DNA from: Methanobacteriota archaeon
GTDB lineage: Archaea; Thermoplasmatota; Poseidoniia; Poseidoniales; Poseidoniaceae
Direction of reading: 5' to 3'
DNA length: 64,000 bases
NCBI GenBank assembly: GCA_004195635.1
Contig: PSPT01000004.1
Location: forward strand, 15,021-79,020
The position numbers were made by a program, and so were the translations under genes. Below, piece after piece: positions 21,048-31,671 of the stretch. Below the pieces are notes generated by a model. The model searched no databases. It was not told the origin of the DNA and saw only the letters and a list, made by a program, of their open reading frames with translations. How positions within the stretch are numbered: position 1 is the stretch's first letter; each line of letters starts with the position of its first letter.

Positions 21048-21377
21048 TCAGTTGACATTGCGCATTGAAAGTTCAATACTTACAGTATCTGGAATTGACA
21101 CACGAGCAACCTTACGAAGTGCATTTTCATCCTTACTTGAAGAAATTTTCATCTCAAGAAGGCGCTTGTGAATGCGCATTTCCCAATGATCGTAGGTCTC
21201 ATTGCCTTCACCACAAGGAGTCTTACGGCAGGGCACAATTAATCTGCGAGTAGGTAGTGGAATTGGACCGCGGAGGTCAACACTATCTTGGTCGCATACT
21301 GCTTTGATTTGTTCACAAACGAAATCCACATCTTTGTGACTCTCACCGGTTAATTTGATTACTGTTATTCCTGCCAT
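21048..21377 (-). CDS. rpsJ: 30S ribosomal protein uS10
   Basis: GPIPLPT..RKTPCGEG..WEMRIHKRL. Confidence 0.97.
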   Translation of the reverse strand: MAGITVIKLTGESHKDVDFVCEQIKAVCDQDSVDLRGPIPLPTRRLIVPCRKTPCGEGNETYDHWEMRIHKRLLEMKISSSKDENALRKVARVSIPDTVSIELSMRNVN

Positions 21378-21420
21378 TTGTCTTCACTTCCGTGCGTCAT
21401 CCATCAATTTCGAGAAGTAC

Positions 21421-22710
21421 TCATTTCTTTTGAATCTTGATGCAGACGCCGGCTGCGACGGTTTTACCCATGTCACGGATAGCGAAACGGGATAATTCAG
21501 GGAATACATCCATTTGCTCAATGGCCATAGGCTTGGTTGGTTGAATTCGGATAAGACCTGCATCGCCAGTCTTCATGAAGGAAGGGCTTGCCTCCTTTCC
21601 TGATTTGTTTTGCTTCTCAAGAAGTTCAAGGAAGCGGCATGCAACTTGGGCGGTGTGGCAGTGGAATACTGGTGTGTATCCAACTGAGATTGCCTTGGGG
21701 ATGTCCATCAATTGAACTTGTGCGACGAAGGATTCGTCGTGACGAACAAACATTGGCTCGTTGTCAGTATATCCAGCAACGTCACCACGGCGGATGTCGG
21801 TAGCGGCAAGACCGCGGATGTTGAAACCAACGTTGTCTCCAGGTTCTGCCTTTGCGACATTGGTGTGGTGCATCTCAATACTCTTGACCTCAGCACTCTG
21901 TTGGCTTGGGTTGAACATTACTGTCTTTCCAGCGTGAAGAATACCGGTTTCAATTTTTCCAACAGGTACAGTTCCAATTCCACTGATCTTGTAAACATCT
22001 TGAATTGGTAGGCGAAGAGGCTTGTTGATTGGCTTTGGTGGCATTTGGACCTTGTCAATAGCTTCGAACAAAGTTGGGCCATTATACCAAGGGGATTTGT
22101 CAGACTTGTTGTAAACATTGTCTCCCATCAATGAACTTGCAGGAATCATTGGTATGTCATCCGGCTTGAAACCAGCCATACTTAGAAGTTCGCTTACTTG
22201 CTTGCAGGTTTCCTTATACTTGTCTTCATTCCAGTCAACACCGGAAATATCCATCTTGTTAACGTGAACAATAAGTTGCTTAACACCCAATACACGTGCA
22301 AGGAAAGCGTGTTCCTTGGTTTGTGCGTTTACACCGTCGTTAGCAGCACATAGAAGAACTGCAGCATCTGCTTGGCTTGTGCCAGTTATCATGTTCTTTA
22401 CGAAATCACGGTGACCTGGTGCGTCAATAACAGTCCAGTAATAGGTAGGTGTGAAAAATTCTTTGTGAGCAACGTCAATTGTAATTCCACGCTCACGCTC
22501 TTCCTTCAATCCATCCATAACATATGCAAATCCAAATCCGGCTTTACCACGGTCTGCTGCATCTTTTTCCAACTTATCAATTTCGTGCTGTTCAATGTGA
22601 CCACTGTCTAGCATTAAACGACCTACTGTTGTGGACTTTCCGTGATCAACGTGACCGATGAATACGATATTCAAGTGTGGCTTGCTTTTGTCTTCCCATT
22701 GTGAACCCAT
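21421..22710 (-). CDS. tuf: Translation elongation factor aEF-1alpha
   Basis: GHVDHGKST, ERERGITID, DAPGHRDFVKNMITG, NKMD and FAIRDMGKTVAAG. Confidence 0.98.
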   Translation of the reverse strand: MGSQWEDKSKPHLNIVFIGHVDHGKSTTVGRLMLDSGHIEQHEIDKLEKDAADRGKAGFGFAYVMDGLKEERERGITIDVAHKEFFTPTYYWTVIDAPGHRDFVKNMITGTSQADAAVLLCAANDGVNAQTKEHAFLARVLGVKQLIVHVNKMDISGVDWNEDKYKETCKQVSELLSMAGFKPDDIPMIPASSLMGDNVYNKSDKSPWYNGPTLFEAIDKVQMPPKPINKPLRLPIQDVYKISGIGTVPVGKIETGILHAGKTVMFNPSQQSAEVKSIEMHHTNVAKAEPGDNVGFNIRGLAATDIRRGDVAGYTDNEPMFVRHDESFVAQVQLMDIPKAISVGYTPVFHCHTAQVACRFLELLEKQNKSGKEASPSFMKTGDAGLIRIQPTKPMAIEQMDVFPELSRFAIRDMGKTVAAGVCIKIQKK

Positions 22711-22865
22711 AGATATCAACTCTACTTAGCGACCCGCCGACATCCCTCCCCTATTTGAACGCGTCGGCGCGCTCAGAGGTGGTGGAGTGAAAATAAATGG
22801 GCCACTGCGAGCCAAGAGGGGGTTGGTAATGTAAAGATAGTGTAAGAAAATAACCTTCTCCGACA

Positions 22866-24557
22866 ATGTCTATTAGGCGAAAGGAACAAGTATCTTGGAG
22901 TGCATCTTGGTATATGGGGCGACGAACTAAGCCGATTTCAGTTGCGGGGGCAGGTGGTTTTTGGGGAGATCAAGTAATGGCCCCAGTTGACCTATTAGAA
23001 AATGCTGATGTTGACTATATTACAATGGATTATTTGGCTGAAGTAACAATGTCAATAATGCATAAGCAAAAAAATAGAGACCCCACAGCAGGTTGGGCAA
23101 CTGATATATTTGAGTGGTTAGAAGCCGGTGGGCTCAATTTACTTCGCAATAAAAATACCAAATTAGTAACCAATGCAGGAGGAGCAAATCCAAACTCATG
23201 CGCTGAGGCAATACTTGGTCTTGCATGTGCACTCGGATGGACCGATTGTCAAATCGCTATTGTAGTGGGAGATGATATTCATTCGCGAATAGGAGAACTG
23301 TGTTCAGATGGACTAATTAGCGATAAAAAAGAAAAACCCGTTGAGGATTATATGGTTGATGACCTTATTTCTGCCAATGCATACCTTGGCGCAGGCCCCA
23401 TCGCAAGGGCTCTTGAAAGAGGTGCAGACATCGTATTAACTGGAAGAGTTGCAGATGCTAGCCTAATTGTAGGTTGTATGCTACATGCCGAAGAGTGGGC
23501 GAAGAAAGCAGAAGCACTAAACTTGCCATTCTGTAGCCCAATAAATGATTGGGCACCAGATGAAGTTGATAACCCCCTAGATGTAATTGCAGGATGGACT
23601 CTCGCAGGGCACTTAATTGAATGTGGAGCACAGGTAACTGGAGGTAATGCTGACGGATGGGCAGAAATTGAAGACCTAGTAAACTTGGGCTACCCTATAG
23701 CGGAAATAGAATCGGATGGAACTTGTGTCATCACAAAGCCGGAGGGGAGCGGTGGTGCTGTCACCCGAGGTAATGTTGCAGAACAGATGATTTACGAAAT
23801 CGGCGATCCGAGCGCATACAAAACACCCGATATCGTTCTTGACTTTCGCCAAGTTACTTTAGATGAAGTTGGAGAAAACCGTGTGAGAGCCTGCGGCGCA
23901 ATTGGCAGGCCGAGACCAAAACAATTGAAAGTATCTTCATGTTATTTGGATGGTTGGTTTGCAGCAGGCTCACTTCTAATCCCTGGGCCGAATGCCATCG
24001 CTAAAGCAAATGCCACCGACCAAATATTACAAGGCAGATTGTCTTATCTTGAAAATATTACGATTCATAGTGAATTAATGGGAACTGGCATTACCATGCC
24101 TAAGGGAAGCACATCAATAACGCAATATGGTAAATTGACCGAGATTGGGGGTGGAGCACATGGCACACAAGCCATGGAGTTACCAGAGGTCCTTATTCGC
24201 TGGTCAGCAAAGTCACAAAGCCGAAAGGACATTGAAGTATTTGCAAAATCAATTGCCCCGTTAGTTCTCACTGGACCTGGTGGAGTTAGTGGCTATGCAG
24301 CTAGACCGCGCCCAAGAGCACAATTGCGTTTCCTACCCCTCTTAGTTGAAAGGGAAATTGTCGAAGCAAGTGTACAAATCCCAATACTTCGAACCCTTAG
24401 AACGGCATTAACAGAGAGAAGGCCGGACCTTGAAGCACGGGTATTTAATCGCTTACAAAAAATTGCTGAAAGAGAGCGCAAGGGCTTGACAAAGCGTATC
24501 GCTAACAGAGTAATCAAAGGCTTAGAAAAACCCGTTGAAAAAGCAGGGGGCAAGTAG
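22866..24557 (+). CDS. Acyclic terpene utilization AtuA family protein (DUF1446)
   Basis: GFWGD, DYLAEVTM, TNAGGANP, SANAYLGA, TGRVADAS, GHLIECGAQVTGG and EQMIYEIGDP. Confidence 0.9.
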   Translation: MSIRRKEQVSWSASWYMGRRTKPISVAGAGGFWGDQVMAPVDLLENADVDYITMDYLAEVTMSIMHKQKNRDPTAGWATDIFEWLEAGGLNLLRNKNTKLVTNAGGANPNSCAEAILGLACALGWTDCQIAIVVGDDIHSRIGELCSDGLISDKKEKPVEDYMVDDLISANAYLGAGPIARALERGADIVLTGRVADASLIVGCMLHAEEWAKKAEALNLPFCSPINDWAPDEVDNPLDVIAGWTLAGHLIECGAQVTGGNADGWAEIEDLVNLGYPIAEIESDGTCVITKPEGSGGAVTRGNVAEQMIYEIGDPSAYKTPDIVLDFRQVTLDEVGENRVRACGAIGRPRPKQLKVSSCYLDGWFAAGSLLIPGPNAIAKANATDQILQGRLSYLENITIHSELMGTGITMPKGSTSITQYGKLTEIGGGAHGTQAMELPEVLIRWSAKSQSRKDIEVFAKSIAPLVLTGPGGVSGYAARPRPRAQLRFLPLLVEREIVEASVQIPILRTLRTALTERRPDLEARVFNRLQKIAERERKGLTKRIANRVIKGLEKPVEKAGGK

Positions 24558-24558
24558 A

Positions 24559-24903
24559 ATGGCAGAACTGAGCCTTTCAGACTTGGGTGACGAATACAAT
24601 ACCCTTGGAGATATTGCCCATGCAAGATCAGGAGACAAAGGTGATTCGGTGAATATTGGAATCATTGCCCGAAAACCAGAATGGTATCCAATTCTTCAGG
24701 AATTAATTACCAAGGAATGGATGAGAGAGGCATGGGGGGAATTCTGTGAGGGTAACATTCATATTTTCGAAGTACCAGGTATTTTTGCAATCAACTGTAT
24801 ACTTGAAAAAACCTTACAAGGCGGGGGAACTGTTTCTCTGCGAACCGATGCGCAAGGGAAATCAATGGGTCAAGCAACGCTTACACTTCCACTTCGCCAA
24901 TAA
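24559..24903 (+). CDS. AtuA-associated small ferredoxin-like fold protein (split AtuA C-terminal domain)
   Basis: AHARSGDKGD..LQGGGTVSLRTDAQGKS; starts 1 nt after the atuA stop. Confidence 0.88.
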   Translation: MAELSLSDLGDEYNTLGDIAHARSGDKGDSVNIGIIARKPEWYPILQELITKEWMREAWGEFCEGNIHIFEVPGIFAINCILEKTLQGGGTVSLRTDAQGKSMGQATLTLPLRQ

Positions 24904-24970
24904 CAATCTCAAACTACTTTTCATGTATAAAATACCATAATAATTAACCTATTATTGTGGCATGAATGAA

Positions 24971-26167
24971 TTATTTGTAGGTCAATAGTATTCTAAATTC
25001 TACTACTTGAACATCATTATACCTTTCATTGTATATTTTTACTGTCCAATCTCCATCATCAAATTCGGAGCGCATTCTACTACCCGATACAGAATATTCT
25101 AGACAATCATTATCTTCACTACAATCGCCATAAGTTCTACTATCAAGTTGTATTCCTGAAGTATTACCCACTTCTTCATCGGTATCATTGTAAAGATACA
25201 AATCAAGGCGATTACGGTTTGAATCGCTACTTCCACCTGCAATCCAATCAGAATCTTCTTTTGGATAGGTCAACCAAACCTCTGTTCGCTTGATGGTATT
25301 TCCCGTGTCTGAGTCATAAGTTACTGTGAATTCAAACCAAGTTTCCCCTGGCCCCCCACCACCTACGGAAGTATTTGCTGGCTGATTGAAATCTTCCCAA
25401 ATGCCGACATAATTAACATAGACTTTAAATGAAACAATATCTGTCATTCCTTCGCTATTCTTCACCTTAAGGCTTAGTTCATATTCGCCAGGAATTATAT
25501 TTTTCCATTCATGGGTTTCCCCAGTTGCATCCTCGTCATTCTCAGGGTCTCCATCTCCATCACTATCTGTATTTACATCTAAATCCCAAGACCATTGACT
25601 GATGTAGGCTTGAGAATTACCGGCTTCACTTTCTGAGGCATCGAGCATGACGCTGGTTGAAGCATCAATCTCGCGGTCATTTTCTCCTTTATCTTCGCAA
25701 ATGTAGTAGAGATATTTGTCCTTTGAAGATTGGGTGGGTGAATCCTCATCATCACAATCAACCTCAGCCCATACTTCACCGGGGTCAGCAGAAGGTGGAA
25801 TTGCATCTGCACCCAAAATGGTAATTGTTTTGGCTAATTGAGAATCTGTATTTCCATCAGAAACAGTAAGTGTGATATCATAATCACCGGTATTTGAATA
25901 AGACCAAGTCGGTGTTTTTCCAGTTCTATCAACGGCATTATCGCCATCAAAATCCCAACGGTAGGTTAGTGAGCCATCATTTGGAAGAGAGGACGATGCA
26001 TCAAAATTAATGGTCTCATTCTGCTTCATATTCTGATTTGGCGAATAGGAAAAAACCGCAGTTACTTTATCCGAATTAGTGTCGTCATCATTGAATAAAC
26101 AGCCAGCCATACTTGAGGTGATTGTCAATGTTGCGAGCAAAATCACCAATGCAATACTCTGCTTCAT
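24971..26167 (-). CDS. PKD-domain lipoprotein-like surface protein
   Basis: Lipobox-like MAGC; two PKD domains (FDASSS..YRWDFDG..YDITLTVSD); DxDGDG loop; PPC-like C-terminal domain. Confidence 0.82.
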   Translation of the reverse strand: MKQSIALVILLATLTITSSMAGCLFNDDDTNSDKVTAVFSYSPNQNMKQNETINFDASSSLPNDGSLTYRWDFDGDNAVDRTGKTPTWSYSNTGDYDITLTVSDGNTDSQLAKTITILGADAIPPSADPGEVWAEVDCDDEDSPTQSSKDKYLYYICEDKGENDREIDASTSVMLDASESEAGNSQAYISQWSWDLDVNTDSDGDGDPENDEDATGETHEWKNIIPGEYELSLKVKNSEGMTDIVSFKVYVNYVGIWEDFNQPANTSVGGGGPGETWFEFTVTYDSDTGNTIKRTEVWLTYPKEDSDWIAGGSSDSNRNRLDLYLYNDTDEEVGNTSGIQLDSRTYGDCSEDNDCLEYSVSGSRMRSEFDDGDWTVKIYNERYNDVQVVEFRILLTYK

Positions 26168-26266
26168 TAAACCGCCGTCAACGTCGTCTAACATCAATGG
26201 TTCGCCTCAAAGGACGATTTTTGCCCAATATAGTAGGTCTTAGTGGATTGCGGATGAATAATCACA

Positions 26267-27322
26267 TTATGCATTACTGATATTTAGTGCGAGGTTGAGA
26301 TTAACTTCATGCAACCAACCAAATGGGTCTTCACTCTTTTCAGTTTGAAGATTGGTCAAGGCATCATATAGTTCTCTTGTTATCGCACCAACTCCGCCAT
26401 CTCCGAACACCTTTTTCTTTTCACCTTGGGTGATTGAGGCAATTGGAGATATTACTGCAGCCGTTCCACAACAGAAACTCTCATCAGCAGTCATGGCAAA
26501 TTCGGCAGAGACTAGCGTCTCATTTACCTCATAACCACGATTGCGAGCAAGCATAATGATTGATTCACGAGTTATTCCGGGTAGAATAGTGCCGGTTAAA
26601 TCGGGTGTGTAAAGCACTTTGTCTTTGACACAGAAATAATTAGCAGCACCAACTTCTTCGACGTATTTATGCTCAACTGCATCCAAATAAATTACCTCTG
26701 CAAAACCTTGTTTTTTAGCATTTATTGATGGCATCATTCCGGGTGCATAGTTGCCAATTGCCTTTACTCCACCAGAACCACCTGGTGCTGCGCGGTGATT
26801 TTCCTCAGAAATAAGGAGGTCGATTGCCGAAAGCCCTCCCTTAAAATAAGGCCCAACTGGAGTTGCAAATACACAAAAAGTGTAGGAAGGTGCAGGCGCA
26901 ACCCCCATTATTGGGCCTGTGCCCCAAAGAACTGGACGAATATAGAGTGCACCTCGTCCAGAGGGAGGTATCCAACTAGAATTAGCAGCGACTACTTGTT
27001 CAACTGCATCAATAAACATTGATTCGGGTACTGGTGGCATTCCGAGGCGGGCAGCACCGCGTTGAAAACGTCGGGCATTTTCTTCAGGACGAAATAATAT
27101 TACTCTGTTGTTTGCTGTTCGTTGTGCTTTCATCCCCTCAAATATTCCTTGCCCATAATTCAAGACGCCTGCTGCAGGATCAATCGATAGATTACCATAG
27201 GGACGGATTTTCCCTGGAGACCAAGCGTCACCTTGATTACATTCAGCGACATACATCTTTTCGGTTTTAGTCAAAGAGAAAGTCAAGGAGTCCCAATCAA
27301 AATTATTATCCGGTCCCGACAC
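26267..27322 (-). CDS. ilvE: Branched-chain amino acid aminotransferase
   Basis: YGQGIFEGMKA, LYIRP, KAIGNY, EEVGAAN, ILPGITR and GTAAVISPI; GGAGG SD before a GTG start. Confidence 0.95.
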   Translation of the reverse strand: MSGPDNNFDWDSLTFSLTKTEKMYVAECNQGDAWSPGKIRPYGNLSIDPAAGVLNYGQGIFEGMKAQRTANNRVILFRPEENARRFQRGAARLGMPPVPESMFIDAVEQVVAANSSWIPPSGRGALYIRPVLWGTGPIMGVAPAPSYTFCVFATPVGPYFKGGLSAIDLLISEENHRAAPGGSGGVKAIGNYAPGMMPSINAKKQGFAEVIYLDAVEHKYVEEVGAANYFCVKDKVLYTPDLTGTILPGITRESIIMLARNRGYEVNETLVSAEFAMTADESFCCGTAAVISPIASITQGEKKKVFGDGGVGAITRELYDALTNLQTEKSEDPFGWLHEVNLNLALNISNA

Positions 27323-27469
27323 TAATAATCCTCCATGAAATCTCGTCGTAAATCATCACGACAAGCAGACCCAACGGGCGCTGGTTTTCAACACTTGCGC
27401 GGAAAATTATTACCGCTTCCTTCCGAAAAGAACTTCACCACTCGGCATTGTGGATAACTTGAGCCACCC

Positions 27470-30124
27470 ATGCAAACCACCATTGATTGTGCCGTCATTA
27501 CTGCTCGTTATCAAGCAGTTGAACGAAATGATGGTGAAACTACAGTCCTTGAATTGTGGTGCCGGTGTAAAGATGGGCGCTCAGCAGTCATATTGATCAA
27601 TGGCATTAACCCATGGATTGAAATTGCCTCGCCGGGAATTTGTGAAAACCCGGAGGAACTTCCTCATGACATATTAGCAAAACTTCAGCGAGTATTAGAT
27701 GATAGTGATGTTATTTCAGTTGATGAAGAAGGAATAAAATGGACGGATATGGGAGAAAAGAAGCACTGGCGGGTTGGGGTTAGGCAACCATTTGTTGTTC
27801 GTAGTTTACGCGACAGGTTGCAAAAAGAAGGGTGGGTATTGTCTGCATCGGATATTGTATATCAACACCGTTTTTTCCATATTCGTGACCTCGGCACACA
27901 TGTTTCAATTAGAGGCGATATACTCTTTGAAAAGGAAGGAATTGATGGCAAGGAATGTGTCATTGAGGATGATTTCTCAGCCTTGACAAAAATTAAGACT
28001 GCCGGAGGGAGTGGAATATATCCCGTCGATATTATCGTCTCTGCGAATTACGATGATTGCAATCAGTGTGAACCTTTCCAAGCACCATGGACCGTTTTTT
28101 CTTTTGACCTCGAAACTTCTATTCTCCATGATACCGTGCTTTGTGCAGCAGCAACAATTGAAAACTGGTCCACTGGAGAAAGAACCACTTATTCATTTAA
28201 TGGTAAGGAAGAGGATATTCTAATAGGGCTTACAGATTTGGTAAGAGAAAATGACCCAGACATCATTACTGGATATAATATTGACAACTTTGACCTAACC
28301 CGATTATCCGAGCGTTGTGAGGTGTTGAGCGGGAAGAGAAGATGGAGGCGGCAAGCCGAATTGTTCGGTTGGGGGCGGGTGGATATCTTAGAAAATGAAA
28401 GTAAGCGGAGGCGCGATGGTTTATTGCCTAAACGCGGGAATACTCGTGCTTGGAGTATTGCAGGGCGTTGTGTGATGGATGCTTGGTGGCAGGCGAGAAT
28501 GACTCTGCGGCCAAAGCGAGAAACTCTAAAATTTGTTTCTAATTTATTATTTCCCGATAATATTGAATTACAAAAAATGGATATTGATTCGAGCAAAATG
28601 GATGAAGAATGGGCTACTCGACCGGAAGAAGTTCTCAAATATTGTGAAAGGGATGCCGAATTGCCCCTTTCTATCCTTAGATCCATTCAAGCAGTTCGGC
28701 GAAAAGAGGCAATAGCAGCAGTTGCAAAAACAAGTTTAGATGTCGCGGCAAATGGAGTCACCAGTCAATTATTGGATAGTCTGGCGATCAGATATGCTGA
28801 TGCGAATGACATCGCAGTTCCTATGACACACAATGTTCGCAGAACCTCACACATTGAAGGAGGATATGTTCATGATGTTGAAGCCGGAATTCACCCGTGG
28901 ATTACTGTCCTTGATTTCAAATCAATGTACCCCTCAATCATGATTGGAAATAATATTTGTTTTACCACCAGAATTGACCCCATTCATCCAGATCAACCTC
29001 TCAAAGACGAAACCATACACACCTCTCCTACAGGGGTTACATTTCACAATTCACAACACAGAAAGGGTATGGTGCCTGCACTTCTGGAGCATCTAATGGG
29101 ACTTAGAGACACCCATAAGGAAGCGATGAAGGAAGCGCGAATACAAGGAGACGAAGCCCTTGTAGCATTTCATGATCAAATGCAATATGCAGTGAAGATA
29201 ATGATGAATTCCTTTTATGGGGTATTTGCAAGTGTATTTTATCGCTTTACCCACAAAGATTTGGGTGCATCAATTACCGCATGGGCGAGGCATAATATCA
29301 AAACAATAATTCAGAAATTAGAGGATGAGGGGAATCACGTGGTCTATTCCGATACTGATTCTATTTTTGTATGCGCCCCAATTTCCAAAGAAATTTCGCC
29401 GACTAAACCTAAGAAAGGCAAGGAACTCAAGACTTGGAATTCTGCAAAGAAAGAGCTCATTCGTTTTGGAAATGAGTTGGCCGAACGCTTTAGCCAAGAT
29501 GAAGCGGTTCTAGAATTTGAAAAAGGGCTTTCTGTATTCTTTTCTCATGGAGCCAAAAAGCGATATGTTGGACGAATAATATATCCTGAGGAAGACATGA
29601 TTGTACGCGGATATGAAACTCAAAGAAGCGATTCTTTTGATGCCCTCACTAACAATATGCAAAATATGTTCGAGATGATTTTGGAAGGGCGCTCAGAAAA
29701 TGCAGTGAAATCAGTAGTAGATTTAATCAAGGCAGCAAAGCGAAATGAAATTCCAATTGAGCAACTGATATTGAGCAAAACATGCAAAGGGGTATTGCTA
29801 AAAAATGGCGAAGTGGATTTTTCAAAGCACTATGCAAACCCCGATAGTATGGCATCAGTTAGGGCGGCGAAAAAGAGAATGGAGAGAAATTTGCCTTTCA
29901 CTCCTGGAATGAAAGTGGGATTCATTGTTACCAATGGGAAAGTAAGCCCAATGGAAGTTGAGCCGTGGGATGAAGGGCAAGAAAATGGTGGTATTGCTAA
30001 ATATGACGGTGATTTTTATGCCGAAAGGTTGGCTACTGCTTTGGGGCGAATAACTGAAGCGTTTGAATGGTCATCAAAAGAATTACTCGCTGGTAATCGT
30101 CAGGCAAATTTGTTTTCGTTTTAG
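27470..30124 (+). CDS. polB: Family B DNA polymerase
   Basis: Exonuclease motifs FDLET, GYNIDNFD and YCERD; polymerase motifs DFKSMYPS, KIMMNSFYG, YSDTDS and KKRY; no intein. Confidence 0.96.
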   Translation: MQTTIDCAVITARYQAVERNDGETTVLELWCRCKDGRSAVILINGINPWIEIASPGICENPEELPHDILAKLQRVLDDSDVISVDEEGIKWTDMGEKKHWRVGVRQPFVVRSLRDRLQKEGWVLSASDIVYQHRFFHIRDLGTHVSIRGDILFEKEGIDGKECVIEDDFSALTKIKTAGGSGIYPVDIIVSANYDDCNQCEPFQAPWTVFSFDLETSILHDTVLCAAATIENWSTGERTTYSFNGKEEDILIGLTDLVRENDPDIITGYNIDNFDLTRLSERCEVLSGKRRWRRQAELFGWGRVDILENESKRRRDGLLPKRGNTRAWSIAGRCVMDAWWQARMTLRPKRETLKFVSNLLFPDNIELQKMDIDSSKMDEEWATRPEEVLKYCERDAELPLSILRSIQAVRRKEAIAAVAKTSLDVAANGVTSQLLDSLAIRYADANDIAVPMTHNVRRTSHIEGGYVHDVEAGIHPWITVLDFKSMYPSIMIGNNICFTTRIDPIHPDQPLKDETIHTSPTGVTFHNSQHRKGMVPALLEHLMGLRDTHKEAMKEARIQGDEALVAFHDQMQYAVKIMMNSFYGVFASVFYRFTHKDLGASITAWARHNIKTIIQKLEDEGNHVVYSDTDSIFVCAPISKEISPTKPKKGKELKTWNSAKKELIRFGNELAERFSQDEAVLEFEKGLSVFFSHGAKKRYVGRIIYPEEDMIVRGYETQRSDSFDALTNNMQNMFEMILEGRSENAVKSVVDLIKAAKRNEIPIEQLILSKTCKGVLLKNGEVDFSKHYANPDSMASVRAAKKRMERNLPFTPGMKVGFIVTNGKVSPMEVEPWDEGQENGGIAKYDGDFYAERLATALGRITEAFEWSSKELLAGNRQANLFSF

Positions 30125-30258
30125 CAACAACTCGTATACTCAATGCTATTGTAAGAGTGGAAACGATGGAGTTGAAATCATTTCTCCATTGCCCAAAACC
30201 CCCTTTTCTTGAAAGATTATTAGAAAACTAAGACAACCCCCCCCCTCTCCCCCTCAAC

Positions 30259-30615
30259 ATGCTTTGGTGGCAATTGGTGATTAGAGGGGCCGTTTCTGGC
30301 GGAGTGATAGTTGGAGCAAGTGAATTGGCCAAACGCTTTGATTTGCTTGGTGCTATTCTTATTTCTCTACCTCTTATGTCGATTATTGCAATAATATGGT
30401 TATACAATGACACCTCTGACACCGAGAAAATTGCCGATTTTGCTACAGAAATAATGTGGCTGGTAATACCTTCTCTAGTATTGTTTTTCTCATTACCGAT
30501 TTTTCTTCACCGAGGAATGGATTTTTGGCCAGCATTGGGCCTAGCGTGTGGACTAACAATTGTCGCATACGGAATTGGAGTTGGCTTAGTAACAAAATAT
30601 GCAAACCCTGCTTGA
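30259..30615 (+). CDS. DUF3147-like small membrane protein
   Basis: SELAKR..GAILISLPLMSI..WLVIPSL pattern; about 4 TM helices. Confidence 0.75.
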   Translation: MLWWQLVIRGAVSGGVIVGASELAKRFDLLGAILISLPLMSIIAIIWLYNDTSDTEKIADFATEIMWLVIPSLVLFFSLPIFLHRGMDFWPALGLACGLTIVAYGIGVGLVTKYANPA

Positions 30616-30635
30616 ACATATAGTGAATAAGGGAG

Positions 30636-31106
30636 TTACTTCTTCCATTTCTTGCGCCCATGTGACTTGCGTGATGCGGTGGCGCGGGATGCTGCTTGTT
30701 TGACTGAACCGGAAACTTTGCGCTGTGACTTTGCTCGGCGATCACCTGCTTTTGGACCGGCTTTAGTTGCCTCTCTTTCTTCACTTTTCCGTTCAAGCAA
30801 TAATTCTCGCCATTTTAAGCCGACCATTTGCATGATTTCTTCTTTATTCGCTGAACCTAAATCTTTTTCTGCGCCTTTACATGAAACCCAAAGCCTACCT
30901 TCTTTGCCATGCGGCCTTGATGGGTGAGATACCTTTTCATCCGACTTGATTTTACGCAAACCAAGACTTCTTGCTGCCCAAATAAGTCCATCCAAATCTG
31001 GCTTTGGCACAGAAGAATCTTTTGCAACACGGCGGCCATTTCGCCGCGAAGATTTGGAATCAAAATATCCGGGCCACAACACGATTCGGTCGGGATTGAA
31101 GTCCAT
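30636..31106 (-). CDS. srp19: Signal recognition particle protein SRP19 with basic C-terminal extension
   Basis: IVLWPGYFDSKSSRRNGRRVAK..HPSR..GRLWV; GGAGGAG SD. Confidence 0.92.
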   Translation of the reverse strand: MDFNPDRIVLWPGYFDSKSSRRNGRRVAKDSSVPKPDLDGLIWAARSLGLRKIKSDEKVSHPSRPHGKEGRLWVSCKGAEKDLGSANKEEIMQMVGLKWRELLLERKSEEREATKAGPKAGDRRAKSQRKVSGSVKQAASRATASRKSHGRKKWKK

Positions 31107-31163
31107 CCATTACTCCTCCATATGTGCGAGAGGGGGCATCACCATTGAGGGTGACGGTTGAGT

Positions 31164-31544
31164 TCACCCGATTAGAACGCCGTTAATTACGCCGTCCTTT
31201 CCTGGGCGACTGGTGATTTTGACATCTCCAAGTTTGGTTTCAACAACTGCACCCTTGGTTAAAATATTTCTTCGCACATAGTTTGAATTACATGGATTTT
31301 CTGAAACATTAGTCATTTCAACGCGGTTTACTGAACCGTCTTTTGGATTCGCTACGGATATCATATTCTCTGAAAGAACACGGGTCATACAGTTTCCGCC
31401 AGTCTTGCGGTAAACCTTATTCTTGGATTCGCCAATGAAAGCAATTTGCTTCTCAGTACTGATTTCAGTACTACGCTTTGAGCGTGCTTGAACTCGTCGT
31501 CCACCTGTGTTTTTTCTGCGGGAAATGCCGTGCCACTGAGCCAT
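31164..31544 (-). CDS. rps8e: 30S ribosomal protein eS8
   Basis: SRRKNTGG..NYVRRNILTKGAVV..TSRPGKDGVING. Confidence 0.96.
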   Translation of the reverse strand: MAQWHGISRRKNTGGRRVQARSKRSTEISTEKQIAFIGESKNKVYRKTGGNCMTRVLSENMISVANPKDGSVNRVEMTNVSENPCNSNYVRRNILTKGAVVETKLGDVKITSRPGKDGVINGVLIG

Positions 31545-31671
31545 AATGAAGTCCTCCGGGGCTCTTGCCGACTTAACCTCTCTATTTCAAAGGGATGGTC
31601 GCGGCACTGCGCAGCAGATTTTGGGAACAATACCTCATGAAAGAAGGGGGAATTGAATTCCTTTTCAGCCA

